A stretch of DNA of 64,000 nucleotides from the human T2T-CHM13v2.0 reference genome, Homo sapiens, in assembly GCF_009914755.1 (NCBI RefSeq), contig NC_060948.1. One strand, written 5' to 3'. A program made the position numbers and the translations under genes. Shown piece by piece: positions 16,640 to 29,590 of the stretch. The notes beneath the pieces are model-generated. The model was not told where the DNA came from, did no database searches, and worked only from the letters and a program-made list of their open reading frames with translations. Within the stretch, counting starts at the first letter, position 1. Every line of letters begins with the position of its first letter.

Positions 16640-17395
16640 TATATATCACTCTCTTTCCCTTTGTGTGTGTGTGTATATATGTAATATATAACATATATTA
16701 TATATTACTCCTATATTTATATTGTATAAATATATGAATATGTAATATTTGTTATAAGTATAATATAGATAACATGCAATTTATCATTGTAACCATTTTA
16801 AATTATACAATTCAGTGGCACACAGTACATTCACAATATTGTGCAACCAACCAACACCCCTATCTAATCCCAGAACATTTTCAAAACATATGTATTTATT
16901 TTGTAAATATGTATTTATTTTGTAAATATGTATTTATTTTGTAAATATGTATTTAAACATATATTCATATATATTGATATATTTATATATAAATATCTAC
17001 ATATTTATATATAAATATGTAAAAATGTATTTATATATTATATATAAATATATAAAATGTATGTATTTATATATAATATATAAATATATAAATATATAAA
17101 ATGTACATATTTATATATACTTATTTCTAAAATATATATTTATATATTTAATATATGTATTTATTCCTAAAATATATATTTATATATTTTTAATATATTT
17201 ATTTATTCCTAAAATATATATTTATATACTTACATTTATTGATTTGTAAAATATATTATATATTTATCTAATATATTTATTTGTAAAATATATGTATTTA
17301 TACTTATCTTTTATGTATATATACTTATCTTTTAAATATATAATTATTTTAAAATTATATACATATGAATTTATTTTTAAATATATGTTTTATGC
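16640..17395. repeat. TA-rich low-complexity region with a 19-bp tandem (atatgtatttattttgtaa)x3 and a short L1MB fragment
   Basis: Tandem at 16888-16955; aaccattttaaattatacaattcagtggca…acattcacaatattgtgcaacc at ~16780-16880. Confidence 0.75.
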
Positions 17396-18044
17396 CATGA
17401 AGTATCAAAAGTGTATATAAGTATAGGTTTTTAAAAACCTGCAACAAGCATTTCAATAGCAATTCTCATTCAACTCAGGAAAAAGAGAAATAAAACTAGG
17501 CAGTGATTTTTATCAAAAGTGTGAGGTGAAGGAGGCCTTAGATTCAACAATGAGATAAGAAATGTAAGCAACATTTTGGAAGTTGATGTATGGGGTGAGA
17601 ATTGCCCTATTAGAATATGGCACGTTATATCTTGTTTTTAGGTCTCTATGCTCACTGATCAACAAAATGCCTGTCTTTTTAAGTAACTTTTGCAACCCTA
17701 GGATAAGCACAGTTAGTAAGCTTTAGCTACACCCTTTGTGGAGAATTTCGGACAGTTAGCAATGTGATCTTTCTTTCTTTCTTTTTTTTTTTTTTTTTTT
17801 TGCATAATTCAGTAGGTGCATTTGCATTGGTGTTTGCTTTGGATTCCCTAGAAGCACGTTCAGAACAGAGGTTCATAGGAAATTTGTTAGAGAGTGTTCC
17901 TGGGAAAAACACACAGTAAAATAGGAACATTTCTGAGGTCATATGGTAAATCTGTGTTTATCCTGTTGTGGGATCTTCAAATTGTCCTCCACAAAACCTG
18001 TACCCATGTTACTTTCCATTCTCATCAGTGATGAACAAGGTTTC

Positions 18045-18168
18045 ACTGACGTGGAATAACCTTGAAAACATCATGCTTAGTGAAAGAAGAAAGACACAAA
18101 GGCCCCGTATCACATTACTCTACTATATGAAATTTCCAAAATAAGGACTTTCTCAGAGACAGAGAAAG
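18045..18168 (+). mobile_element. L1MB 3' region, first part (continues at 23033)
   Basis: aaccttgaaaacatcatgcttagtgaaagaag…tatatgaaatttccaaaataagg…gagacag. Confidence 0.7.
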
Positions 18169-18616
18169 ACCATGGAGGAGAACATAGAGTGTCACTTTGC
18201 CATACACTCCACTGCATTTTTTTTTTTTTTTTTTTTGACCAAGAGCTGCTTTGAGATTTATGCTGTTTGGATCTGGGTCAATCTTTGGCTTATCAATAAA
18301 TTTTAGTCTCTGTTAGCCTTACCGTCTTTAAGAAAATAAGTTATTCTGTGTTCATATCTGTATTTATTCCGTTTTGAATAATTTTATATAAAAGATACAA
18401 GGATTATTTTAATGTTACTGCACTGAAAACTGAGTGCAAGATTACTTAGCAGAACTTTTACAAGTTTCTGTTGACCTTGTTGACTGACCATGACAACTAC
18501 ATATTATGTAATAAATTAATTTATCATAAAAACATATATGTGATATATGTAATATGGATATATATATAGCATCACAAACAGAATTTGAAAACAAATGTAT
18601 GCCACTTTTCAGCTTC

Positions 18617-21230
18617 AAAAACAGGGCTGGAAGCTCGGGGACTTCCCATATCCCAGGATGGGAACTCCCCCAGTTCTGCCCCTTGGCAATTGAATGGTCC
18701 AGGGCAGCTGGCCTTTGTGAAAATTGGGAATATAAATTAGTGCACTTTTAACTATTGGCTGTGAGTGAAGTGCTGCAGGGAATCCCAGTTGGTAAAATGG
18801 ACACTGAGGGAATTTCCTGCCCGGATGGTGTTTGCTGACTGCTTATAAGTTAATGTGTCAAGACAGGACCTGTTGCTACAACAGAAATGTAAACTGGAAA
18901 AGGAAAATGCCAATATGATTTCCAGTCTGGCCCTGGCCCAATGCCAGGCCTATATATTAACTGATCAGGCTCAAAGCTATCAGCCTATTGCTGAAAAATG
19001 CAGCTGTCCAAGTGGACTGGTCAGGGTAAAACTGAAGGCCTAGTTATCCAGGGCTTGAAGCAGGTAAAAACCTAGCTCCTATTTCAAGGATTGGAATCAG
19101 CCATAATAAAATTCAAGGACCTGCTAAAATACTATAATTTGAAACTGCTACCAACAAAAAGGAGGCCCAGAAATTTGTTGGCTGGTTTAGCTTCTGGAGA
19201 CATCATATTTTCCATTTGGGTGATATTTTACAGCCTCTGCACGCAGTTGTTAGAAAACACTATAACTTTCCCTGGAGAAAGAAAGAGACCAAAGCCTTTG
19301 AGCAAGCTGAACAAGCAATGTAATTAGCCCTAGGCATTTGGCCTATATGGGATGAGGCAATAGAATTGCAGGTAACCATCCTGGAGCAGCATACAAATTG
19401 GAGCCCTTGGCAAAAAACAAGATAGAGAAAGAGTGCCTTTGGGGTTTTGGACCCAGAAATTGCCAGAGGCTGGGAAAGATTATATTCCCTTGGAAAAGCA
19501 GCTGTTGGCCTACTACTGGGCTTTACAGGAAAGAAAACACCTTTGTTTTATTCATGATGTTTTTATGAGACCCGACATTCCTATTACAATGCAGATCATA
19601 AGCTCCCCAAAACTCATCAGATAGGGCACACTCAAGGAAGTAGCATCATAAAATGGAAATGGTATATACAAAATAGGGCTAAGCCAAGACCAAAGAGGGT
19701 ATCATTTTTTACATGAGGATGTGCAAAACTTGCCAACTCAGGAACACTGAGCAAGTTCTGCAGATGGGGAAGGAAATTTTCTGCATGCAATGGGGCAAAT
19801 CCTTTGAAGAACTAAGCCCAGAGGATCAGAAATATTCTTGGTTCACTGATGGATCTGCCAAATACATTGGTGGGACCCGATGCTAGAAGGCCAGGGCTTA
19901 TAATCCTGTTAAAAAACATAAGCATTTCTGATGAAGGAAAGGGTGGGAGCAGCCAGATAGCTGAACTAGTAGCCAACTTCTGGGCTATTCAGGAGGAGGT
20001 CAGAGGAATCTGTCACTTGTGTATCAACTCTTGGTCAGTAGTAAATAGTCTTACTACCTGGATGCCCCAGTGGCAAAGAAAGAAATGGTTTACTGGGAAT
20101 AAAGAGGTTTGGGAATAAACAATACTGGGAAGATATCTGGATCCTTGTGCACACTATCATTATCACTGTTTTCCATGTTGATGCTCATGCATCTCTGCTT
20201 TTTGTTGATAGTCTATTAATCAGCAAGCAGATCAATGGCCAAAATTTCCACATAACTGAAAACAAATGCAGATGAATGGATTAAAACATGTTCAAGCCGT
20301 GCAATGAGAGGCATTATAGTCTATGGTAGTATATTGATAGTGATTACTGGGGAGAGTTAAAAATCATTTCATAAAATACCAACCCAGATTCTTTTGCCAT
20401 AAAGCCACAGATGCAGATTGCCCAGCTACTGATAGTACCCTGTCAACAATTAAGCCCCAAGGAAATTTCTGCCCTGATTAAAAACAGTATATAGAACTGG
20501 AGAATTCCGTTCCACTGGAGTGGGCAACTTAAGACTTGGAGCCAAACTATGGGTAAAACATCTATCAGATCCTGCCCCTAGGGTGGGCAATCATATAGCT
20601 ATGGGGAAGAAAATGAAGGGGTGGTACAATTTTCTAAAGAAAAAAAAAGTTCTCCTCTGTTTTTGTTATTACAGAGAATAACCTGTCTGCTAGTAATCAG
20701 TACCTAGATTGTCATGTCTGAGGCCAAAAATGAATTCAATAAATAGGTGGCCACTGCCACAAAAGAGGCCAACTGCACTCAATTCTCGCTATGTGTTGAG
20801 TTGCTTGCATGTAGAAAACTCTCTTAACAATAGTAGCACTGGACTTATGTTTCTATCAGATGAATTTGCTCAGCTGCATGTTGTTGTGTTGCAAAATCAA
20901 CATTAAACATGCTTACGAAAGCCCAAGGAGGGGTCTATGCCTTACTGCATACTGAGTGTTGTGTGCATATCTCTGACAATTCTCCCAAAATTACTCTCCT
21001 TGCCTAAGACATGCAGAAACAGGTAAAACAGTTAGCATCTAACCATCAGGACTGCATTATAAATTGTCTGTCCAATTGGCATTGGTGTTGGCCATGGTGG
21101 GTGTGATTTTTATTAATTGTGCTTTTAATTCTCCTGTGCTTACCCTGTATCTGTAATCTATATCAACTATGCCTTCCCCATGTATCTATACACATTTTGT
21201 CTTAAAACTATGTGTCAAATTGAGGCCAAA
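18617..21230 (+). pseudogene. Deleted ERVL-class proviral internal region (HERVL66-like): gag N-term, RT thumb/RNase H, dUTPase, env remnants
   Basis: Translations: KKEAQKFVGWFSFWRHHI; VPLGFWTQKLP..YIPLEKQLLAYYWAL; WFTDGSA (19839-19859); SSQIAEL; HVDAH; IDSDYWGELKI and IAQLL..RTGEFRSTG (dUTPase); LQNQ..LNMLT.AQGGV(Y)ALLHTECC (TM). Many stops and frameshifts. Confidence 0.85.
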
Positions 21231-22541
21231 TGTGGAGGAAGAGTTAAATATTAAATTTGAACTCAATTGAACATGGACATAAACAATGGTCACCAAGTCC
21301 CAGAACAGGTTGCATGAGCCTCTTGAGGCATTCATCCAAGATTGTTGAGGAGAATTCTCTATTTCAATCTGTTCTTATACATTAGTCATTGAAAAAAAAC
21401 CAGACAATCTGTGGGTGCCAAGCCATCCAGGTGCCAAGGCAAGAGACTGAGGACATGAGCTGCTCCAGTATAATAAAATACAAAATAAGAATAGTTATAT
21501 CAGATATAGATCTTAGATATGATTATATATGAATATCATTAATCATTAGCTTGTAGCAATTACTCTTTATTCCAATATTACAATAATCCTTGCTCTATAA
21601 TCATAACCTAGGAAAAATCAGGCCATATAGAGATAGAAGCTGAGGAGATATAGTGAGAAGTGACCAGAGGACAAGAATGCAAGCCTTCTGTTATGCCCAG
21701 ACAGGGCCACCAGAGGGCTCCTTGGTCTAGCGGTAATGCCAGCCTCTGGGAAGACGCCATTGCCAAGTGGACCATGGTCTAGCGGTAGCCTTAGTGTCAA
21801 GGAAAAATACCTGCTACTTAGCATACCGGGAAAAGGAGTCTCCCTTTCACCCTGGGGAGTTTAGAGAAGACTCTACTCCTCTACCTCTTGTGGAAGGTCT
21901 GACATTAGTCAGGACCACCCGCAGTTATTTGGAGGCCTAACCATCTCTCTGTGATGCTGTGCTTCAATGGTCAAGCTCCTAGTCCACCTTCATGTTCCAT
22001 CTTGTACACCTGGCTCTGCCATTTAGTTAGCCGTAGCAAATTAATGAAAGTACTAAAAGTCTCTGATAAGCAGAAATAATAACTTAAGCTGTTTCTCTCT
22101 TTCTCCTTTGTCTCTCTGCCTTGGCTGCCAGGCAGGGAAGGGCCCCCTGTCTAGTGGACAAGTGATCCATGTGGCCTTACCTATCATTGGAGATGGCTCA
22201 CACTCCTTATCCTGCCCCTTTCTCTTGTATCCAATAAATATCAGCGCAGCCTGGCATTCGGGGCCACTACTGGTCTCTGCGTCTTGGTTGTAGCGGTCCC
22301 CCAGGCCCAGCTGTCTTTTCTTTTATCTCTTTGTCTTGTGTCTTTATTTCTACAATCTCTTGTCTCCACACACTAGGAGAAAACCCCCCGACCCTGTGGG
22401 GCTGGACCCTACCACAATCACCAAAACAAGTTAACCATTTTGTGTTTCTTCAGCCCAGTCACAAAGGGCCCTAATGACTGGGCCTCATGCCAAACAAAGC
22501 ATTACAAAAAAGCTAGGGTCCCAGACCACACTAAACCTTGA
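21231..22541 (+). mobile_element. 3' LTR of the ERVL element (LTR66-like), interrupted by LTR13 and truncated at an Alu
   Basis: tgtggaggaagagttaaatattaaatttgaactcaattgaacatgg… directly after env; continues across the LTR13 insertion. Name recalled from memory. Confidence 0.7.
21410..22413 (+). mobile_element. LTR13 (HERV-K13/HML-4 group) solo LTR
   Basis: tgtgggtgccaagccatccaggtgccaaggcaagagac…ccctgtggggctggaccctac; perfect 6-bp TSD acaatc (21404-21409 / 22414-22419). Confidence 0.92.
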
Positions 22542-22864
22542 TTTTTTGTTTGTTTGTTTGTTTGTTTGTTTTTTGAGATGAAGCCTGGTTCTGTTGCCCA
22601 GGCTGGAGTTCAGTGGTACAATCTCAGCTCACTCTAACCTCCCCATCCTGGGTTTCAAGTGATTCTCCTGCCTCAGCCTCCCAAATAACTGGGATTACAG
22701 GAGTACATCACCAGGCCCCCCTAATTTTTTTGTATTTTATTTCTAGTAAAGATGAGGTTTTACCACGTTGGTTGGGCTGGTCTTGAAATCCTGACCTCAA
22801 GAGCTCTGTCCACCTCAGCATCCCAAATTGCAGGGATCACAGGCATGAGACACCATGCTCAGCT
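22542..22864 (-). mobile_element. AluS (diverged)
   Basis: (TTTG)n tail plus both arms. Confidence 0.92.
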
Positions 22865-23032
22865 CTATGACTGATTTTCTTATTTTTTATTGCCCTGTAT
22901 GCCTACAACTATGTAAAAAAAAAAAAAAAACTACTTAAGAAGCTCAAGCCCGGTAAGATAAATTCCTGATTAGCTAACTCAGAACTCACAGTTGGGATTT
23001 GGTTTGCGTCTTGGTTTTTACTTTTTTATTTG

Positions 23033-23255
23033 AACAGAAAGCAAATTGGAGGTTGCCAGAGACTAGAAAGAAGGACTGTGAGTTGGCTGCTAATGAATAC
23101 AAGGTCTTCTTTTTGGGTGATAAAAGTGTTCTGGGACTAGATAGAAGTGGTGTTTGCACAATTTTGTGATTACCCTTAATGCCACTGAACTATATACTTT
23201 AAAATGATTAAAATGGTAAATTTTATGTTATATGTGTTTTACTGCAATGAAAGAT
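23033..23255 (+). mobile_element. L1MB 3' end, second part
   Basis: acagaaagcaaattggaggttgccag…aatgccactgaactatatactttaaaatg…gtaaattttatgttatatg. Confidence 0.85.
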
Positions 23256-23547
23256 AAACTTTATCTTTCATTGCAATAAAAGATATATAAAAATACATAC
23301 TTATATAATAAATCAATATTTATATAGATATTTATATAAACATATTGAATATATTTAAAATAACATATTTACATTACATAAAATTTATATAAAATGTTTA
23401 TATATTTATAAATGTACATGTGCTATACATATTTGTGTGTACATATAAATATAAACATTAACATAAATATAAATGTAAATTAATTATAACAGCATTTCCA
23501 GCCTACCACAAGTGTGGCCACAAAAACTTCCCAGCATGTTTGAACTC

Positions 23548-24023
23548 TTTGTGGCTGCTACAGTCTACAGTAAACTACTGCAATGCTACAGAGTTAACCA
23601 AAATGTATTTTCACACTGCTGGAGGATAGAAGTCTAAAATTAGAGTTTGCAGGACACTGCTCCCTCTGAAGGCTCTGGGGAGGATCATTACTGCCTCTTT
23701 AAAATTTTGTGGTCTGCAGGCACCTCTTGGTTTGTGGCTTCATCATTCCAGTCTTCAAGGCCAACATCTTCAACTCTCTCTCCTCCATTTTGACATTGCA
23801 TTCTCTTGTCCATGTATGTCCAAACCTCTCTTTATCTCCCTTCCTTAAGGATTCTTGTGATTACTTTGGGCACAGCTGGATAATCCAGAGTCATCTCCCA
23901 TCTCAATATCCTTTCTACATCTTATCTGCAAAGTGTCTTTCCCCATGCAGTCACATATCCCTAGCTTCTGGGGATTTGGATTGGATGACATCTTTGAAGA
24001 TGACTTTATTTAGCCTAACTACA
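23548..24023 (-). mobile_element. MLT1D-like MaLR LTR
   Basis: ctggaggatagaagtc…ctccctctgaaggctctggggagga…cagtcttcaaggccaacatc…ctggataatccag…agcctaactaca. Confidence 0.75.
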
Positions 24024-25113
24024 CCCAGGTTGAAGGCTCTCTCTTGCTGAACCAACTAATAAACCCAACTTTTTCAACTACATGTGTCTTCTTGGTGGTC
24101 TTTGGCTAGAGGACATTGAAACATTAAGTTTGAAAATAAAAACAGAGACTGCCCTCTGAGTAAATCTCAGAGGTCGACTGATCAGGAAATAACCTTTTAT
24201 TGTTCATTGCCCTGTATACCTACAACTATGCCAAAAAAAAAAAAAATTAAGATGCTCACAGCATTGTGAGATCAATTCCTGATTTGCTTACTCAGAATAC
24301 GCACACTACCATTATGACTTTTGTCTTGGTTTTTATTTTTTTATGTGAACAGTGATTCTGATGTGGCTGCTTTTCAGTGATGTGCATTGAGGTGCTTTAC
24401 TCTCTACCACAGATAAAAATTAATGTAAATGATTTCAATCCACTCCACTGTAGTTCACTGGACCAAGCTTATTAATTCAACTGTGAATAGCTGGAAATGT
24501 GGAACTTGCATTTTAGATTTTTCCAAAGTCTCATTTTTAATACTCACACATTTTAGGGTGTTCAAGAGAAAATAAATGATTGCCTTAAAGGGATAATTTA
24601 TCATGACTCTGCATGTGAAAGGAATTGCATTGAATTTTTCCCCCAATAGTAGAAATAGCCCAATTCCTATGGCAAAATAGTAATAATCTATTTATAGCCA
24701 GAGTTAGGTAAGAAAAGTGCAGTCCTTTTTAGTTTCCCTAGGTAAGCATTGATCAAATTGCATTTTTCATTAATGAGAGTATCTATGAAATCAGTAGAGA
24801 TTAAGTGTATGAATAATTGTCAAATAGTTGCACAGAAAGCAAAAGAACTTTCAATAAATTTGTTTCACTTTTTCCCCCAGGTATTTTCCTCTCCCCTTAT
24901 TCTTTCCGTCCTCTGCTAATTTATTTATGAAGCAATTTATTGAACTTCTATTAAGTGAAAGGCCATGGGGAAATCAAAATATGTGAGGTAGATTCCTACC
25001 CTCAAAGAGCTGATCACAAAGAAGAGACAGACTCCTAAAAGAGGCAAAAAAACTAAAAAGGAGACATGATAATAATAAATTAATGAATAGGGTGGCAGTT
25101 TTCATCATAGTCA

Positions 25114-25520
<407 letters not shown>

Positions 25521-25693
25521 AAAACCTTGCAAGAAGACTAGCAATGTCAACTTATGGGTCTTATTCATAGAGTTATGCAACTTGGAGGCAAATGAGAACC
25601 AGTATCCTTTCACCTGCAAGCATCCTCAAAAATCAGAATATCCTTCAATATTTTCTCCTCCAATATTGGCTTATAAGTAGAAACATCTAAAAT

Positions 25694-26010
25694 ACAGTTA
25701 TGCATCATTTAACTGCATGGTTAAATTCTAAGAAATTTATCACGAGGCAATTTCATCATTGTGTGAACATTAAATGGTACACTTACACACACCTAGATGG
25801 TCTAGGTTATTGCACACTTGGGCTACACACCAGTACAGCAAATAACTGTATGGAACACTGTAGGCAACTTAATACAACAGTAGATATTTCCATACTTGAA
25901 TATATTTAAATAAAAACACAGTACATTAAAAATACTGTTATTATAATCTTCTGGGGCCCCCACTGTCTGTGGGGTCTACTTTGCTGTGATTTACACAACA
26001 ATATTATAGC
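25694..26010 (+). mobile_element. Tigger3a-like relic
   Basis: cagttatgcatcatttaac…tttcatcattgtgtgaacat…acttacacacacctagatgg…ctgtaggcaac. Confidence 0.75.
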
Positions 26011-26564
26011 GTGCAAAAATATTGTGAGAGGCTTGAGAAAACCTGATCATTGGTAAAAAGCTGAAACAGTAGGTTATTTGAAGGAGGTTGAACATATTTG
26101 GGGACCTATAAGATAATTTTAGGATTTTGCCATGAAGACTAATCACATAGGAAAAAAACAAAATTAAAACCTCATTGCAAGTATGCAAAATCTTAGAGAG
26201 AGATTCAAATTTTAACTTTTTTTAACTTTTAAAACTTTTTTTAAGTCTAATGTTAATCTGAAAAGAATGTTTTTCTGTTTGTGCCAGTACAAATCAATAG
26301 GACTGGATAAACTGGTTTTAAGTCTGTTATTCTTATAATACATTTATAGATTTAATCTAGGTAATATACTTTTTAGGGGACTTAACCACTTTGTGTTTAT
26401 ATATGGCCATTATAGTATGTTGCAAACATATATTCTGAGTAAGTACTTTGGGTTGTGTATACATAGATCTTCAGATTCTCTGATTTACTTGATAAAATAC
26501 TTCAGTGGGCATAGAACTTCACATGTCAATGTACAGATTTTTTATAAAAACAACCTTTTAATTA

Positions 26565-26854
26565 TACTTTATTTTATTTTATTTTATTTATTTTTTTGAG
26601 AGGGAGTCTCGCACTGTCACCCAGGCTGGAGTGCAGTGGCAAAATCTCGGCTTACTGCAAGCTCTGCCTCCTGGGTTCACACCATTTTCCTGCCTCACCC
26701 TCCCAAGTAGTTGAGACTATGGGTGCCTGCCATCACTCTTTGACAATTTTTTTGTATTTTTAGTAGAGACGGGCATTCACTGTGTTAGCCAGGATGGTCT
26801 CAATCTCCTGACCTCATGATCCATCTGCCTCAGCCTCCCAAAGTGCTGGGATTG
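26565..26854 (-). mobile_element. AluY-type, 5'-truncated
   Basis: ctgcaagctctgcc…ttcacacc; gtgttagccaggatggtctcaatctcc. Confidence 0.92.
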
Positions 26855-26983
26855 CATATACCTTATTTTTTTAATCTGCCTGCAAATGTATTTAAAATGA
26901 TATAACTTTATATATAAAAAACATACAGCATCAAGAAGGATAAGCAAATTCTCCACAATCTCAAAATCCACAGGAGATAGAAT

Positions 26984-27553
26984 TGTCAGAAGTATTTGAA
27001 CCAGAGCAACTCCATCTTGAATAGGGGCTGACTAAAATAAGGCTGAGAACTACTGGGCTGCATTCCCAGACAGTTAAGGCATTCTAAGTCACAGGATGAG
27101 ATAGGAGGTTGGCACAAGATACAGGGTCATAATGGCCTTGCTGATAAAACAGGTTGCAGTAAAGAAGCTGGCCAAATCCCACCAAAACCAAGATGGCAAT
27201 GAGAGTGAACTTTGGTTATCCTCACTGCTACACCCCCACCAGCACCATGACAGTTTACAAATGACATGTCAATGTCAGGAAGTTATCCTGTATGGTCTAA
27301 AAAGAGGAGGCATGAATAATCCACTCCTTTTTTAACATAGCATCAAGAAATAACCATAAAAATGGGCAACCAGCAGTCCTCGGGGCTGCTCTCCATGTGG
27401 AGTAGCCATTGTTTTATTCTTTGACTTTCCTAATAAACTTGCTTTCATTTTGCTCTATGGATTCATCTTGAATTCTTTCATTTCATTTTCAATTCATTTC
27501 AAGGTCCAAGAACTCTCTCTTGGAGTCTGAATCAGGACCTTTTTCTGGTAACA
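26984..27553 (+). mobile_element. MER41A solo LTR
   Basis: tgtcagaagtatttgaaccagagcaactccatcttg…ctggtaaca; TSD gaat/caat; lacks the MER41B GAS-containing segment. Confidence 0.9.
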
Positions 27554-27624
27554 CAATGAGGCTGAAAAACTTCAAATCTTACATCTTCTGTGAAATTATT
27601 GTTATTATTTATTTTTAAATGAAA

Positions 27625-28780
27625 TTATTATTTTATCTTATTTATGTTAAAATGACACAATAATTGCATCTATTTCTAGAGTACAATGTGATGTTTTCAT
27701 AGATGCACACATGATGAAATGATTAAATCAAACTAATTAGCTTATCACTTCACTTTTTTATTTGTGTTTTTGTGTGTGTTGGTCAAATATTTAAAATGGG
27801 CTTCCCCAGTAATTTTGAAATATACATTACATTATTAATAAGTACAGTCACCATGCTGTGCAATAGATTTCAATAAATCATTCTTCCTATCTAACTGGAA
27901 CTTTCCTCTTCAATCAACATCTCTTCATTGTCTTTCTTCACTCCTCTGTCCCTGGCACCCATCATGCTACTCTCTGCTTCTGAAACCATCTTTGTAGGTT
28001 ATATCAGTGAGAAAATTCTAACAGTAAGCTACGCTAGCCTATCTTGCCTTTCCCTTAATTATTTTTGGGCTACTGGGGCAAGCTAACTTGGAAAGACATT
28101 TAGGCTACAAGTTAAATAATAATAGGGCTTGCCCCTAAATGCAGCCACATTTGAAAAGCTAATGGGAAGCATTCAGACTGCAGGGAGAAGAGGAGCCTGA
28201 TTCCTGCTAATGCGCAGACATGAAGGATTGCCAGCTATTATTCCAGAGATTATAAAATGTGCAACTTCCCCAATTACTCCTGCACCACCCTTGAAGATTA
28301 GCCTTCTGAGATATCTTGCCAGTCTTTTTGCATGTCTAACACCCATGACTTCACATGGACCTACAACCCAGCCCCTGTGGCCATACCCAGAAGCAATCCA
28401 GCCCACAGGAGGACAGCTTCAACCCCCTACGAATTCATCTCTGCCATAACCAATCAGCAGCAAGCACCGGTTACCTGGCCACTTCTACCTCTTCCTCCAA
28501 ACTATCCTTGAAAAACCTACAAGCTTTGAAAAAGACGATTTGAATATGAATTCCATCTCACACGTGGCATGGCCATCTTCCTGTCTGTTAAACTTTTTCT
28601 CTACTACAGTGCCTTGGTCTTTCTTGATTCGGTGGGCAGGAGGAACCCCTCATGCAGCTACACTTCTATGAGCTTTTCTTTCATAGATGCCACATGGAAC
28701 TGAGATCATGCAGTATCTGTCTTTCTGTGCCTAGCTGATTTCACTGCATATAAACCCTCCAGGTTTATTGATGCTTTCAC
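27625..28780 (-). mobile_element. L1MA 3' fragment interrupted by an LTR
   Basis: gacacaataattgca…gtacaatgtgatgttt…cagtcaccatgctgtgcaataga…tactctctgcttc|cttctatgag…gagatcatgcagtat. Confidence 0.8.
27981..28662 (+). mobile_element. ERV1 MER4-group solo LTR related to LTR8 (MER72/LTR51-like)
   Basis: TG…CA termini, perfect 4-bp TSD cttc, ggacagcttcaac…ttcatctc…ccaatcagca motif shared with LTR8. Confidence 0.75.
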
Positions 28781-28907
28781 CATTGTCTATTTTACAACCT
28801 CAGAAGACAGCCTAAAAGTTGATTTTTGTAAACTCCTGTACTGGTAAGCAGCTGTTGGATATGTCATTTAATTTGTTTTCCTCCACTTGTTTTCCTATCT
28901 GTAAGAT

Positions 28908-29568
28908 TGAAACTGCCTTTGCAAAATTATGACTGAGACAATCAAAGAGATCTAACAACGGACTCCATCTTGCTTCTAACCCCTAAGCTGTCCTTGTTCA
29001 CACCTTGCTAAACTAACTTTGGGAGAAACTTAGTTTATAGTTTAAACAAAGACGGTAACATCGCTTTCACAAAGCAGACCTCCTTCTTGCCTATAGACTA
29101 GATTGCCTTTGTAGGACTAATATTAGCCACAAGATTAGAAATTATGGCTTAGGAGTCATGCAACTGGAGGCTACAAAATTCTGACCCTCCCTAAACTGCT
29201 CCTAAGATTAGTGCTTGTGATATTTTGCACTTGATGGATCAGTTGGCCCCACCCAGATCAATAAACTGGCTCATCGGATCTTGTGGACCCCATACAGGCA
29301 CTGATTGAATGCAGGAAGAGAGCTTGACTCACTATGATTTTATCTCTGACCAATGAGCCCTTCTGGGTCACTGGCTTCCCCCTACCCATCAAGTTGTCCT
29401 TAAAAACTCTGCTTCCTGAATGCCCAGGGAGACTGATTTGAGTAATAATAAAACTCTGGTCTCTTGCACAGCTATCTCTGAGTGAATTACTCTTCTTTAT
29501 TGCAATTCCCTTGTCTTAATGAATCATCTCTCTAGGCAGCAGGTAAGATGAACCCCTTGGTGGTTACA
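28908..29568 (+). mobile_element. LTR8, 5' LTR of HUERS-P1 provirus
   Basis: tgaaactgcctttgcaaaattatgactgagac…ggttaca; homologous to 42244-43260. Confidence 0.92.
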
Positions 29569-29572
29569 AATT

Positions 29573-29590
29573 TGGTGGCTCATCTGGGTT
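29573..29590 (+). promoter_or_regulatory. Primer-binding site, tRNA-Pro type (degenerate)
   Basis: tggtggctcatctgggtt vs TGGGGGCTCGTCCGGGAT (14/18), immediately 3' of LTR8. Confidence 0.75.

Noticed and set aside
26984-27553. MER41 as an interferon-gamma (STAT1) enhancer
   Set aside because: This copy lacks the tandem TTCNNNGAA segment found in MER41B (it reads aagaggaggcatgaataat), so it is MER41A-type.
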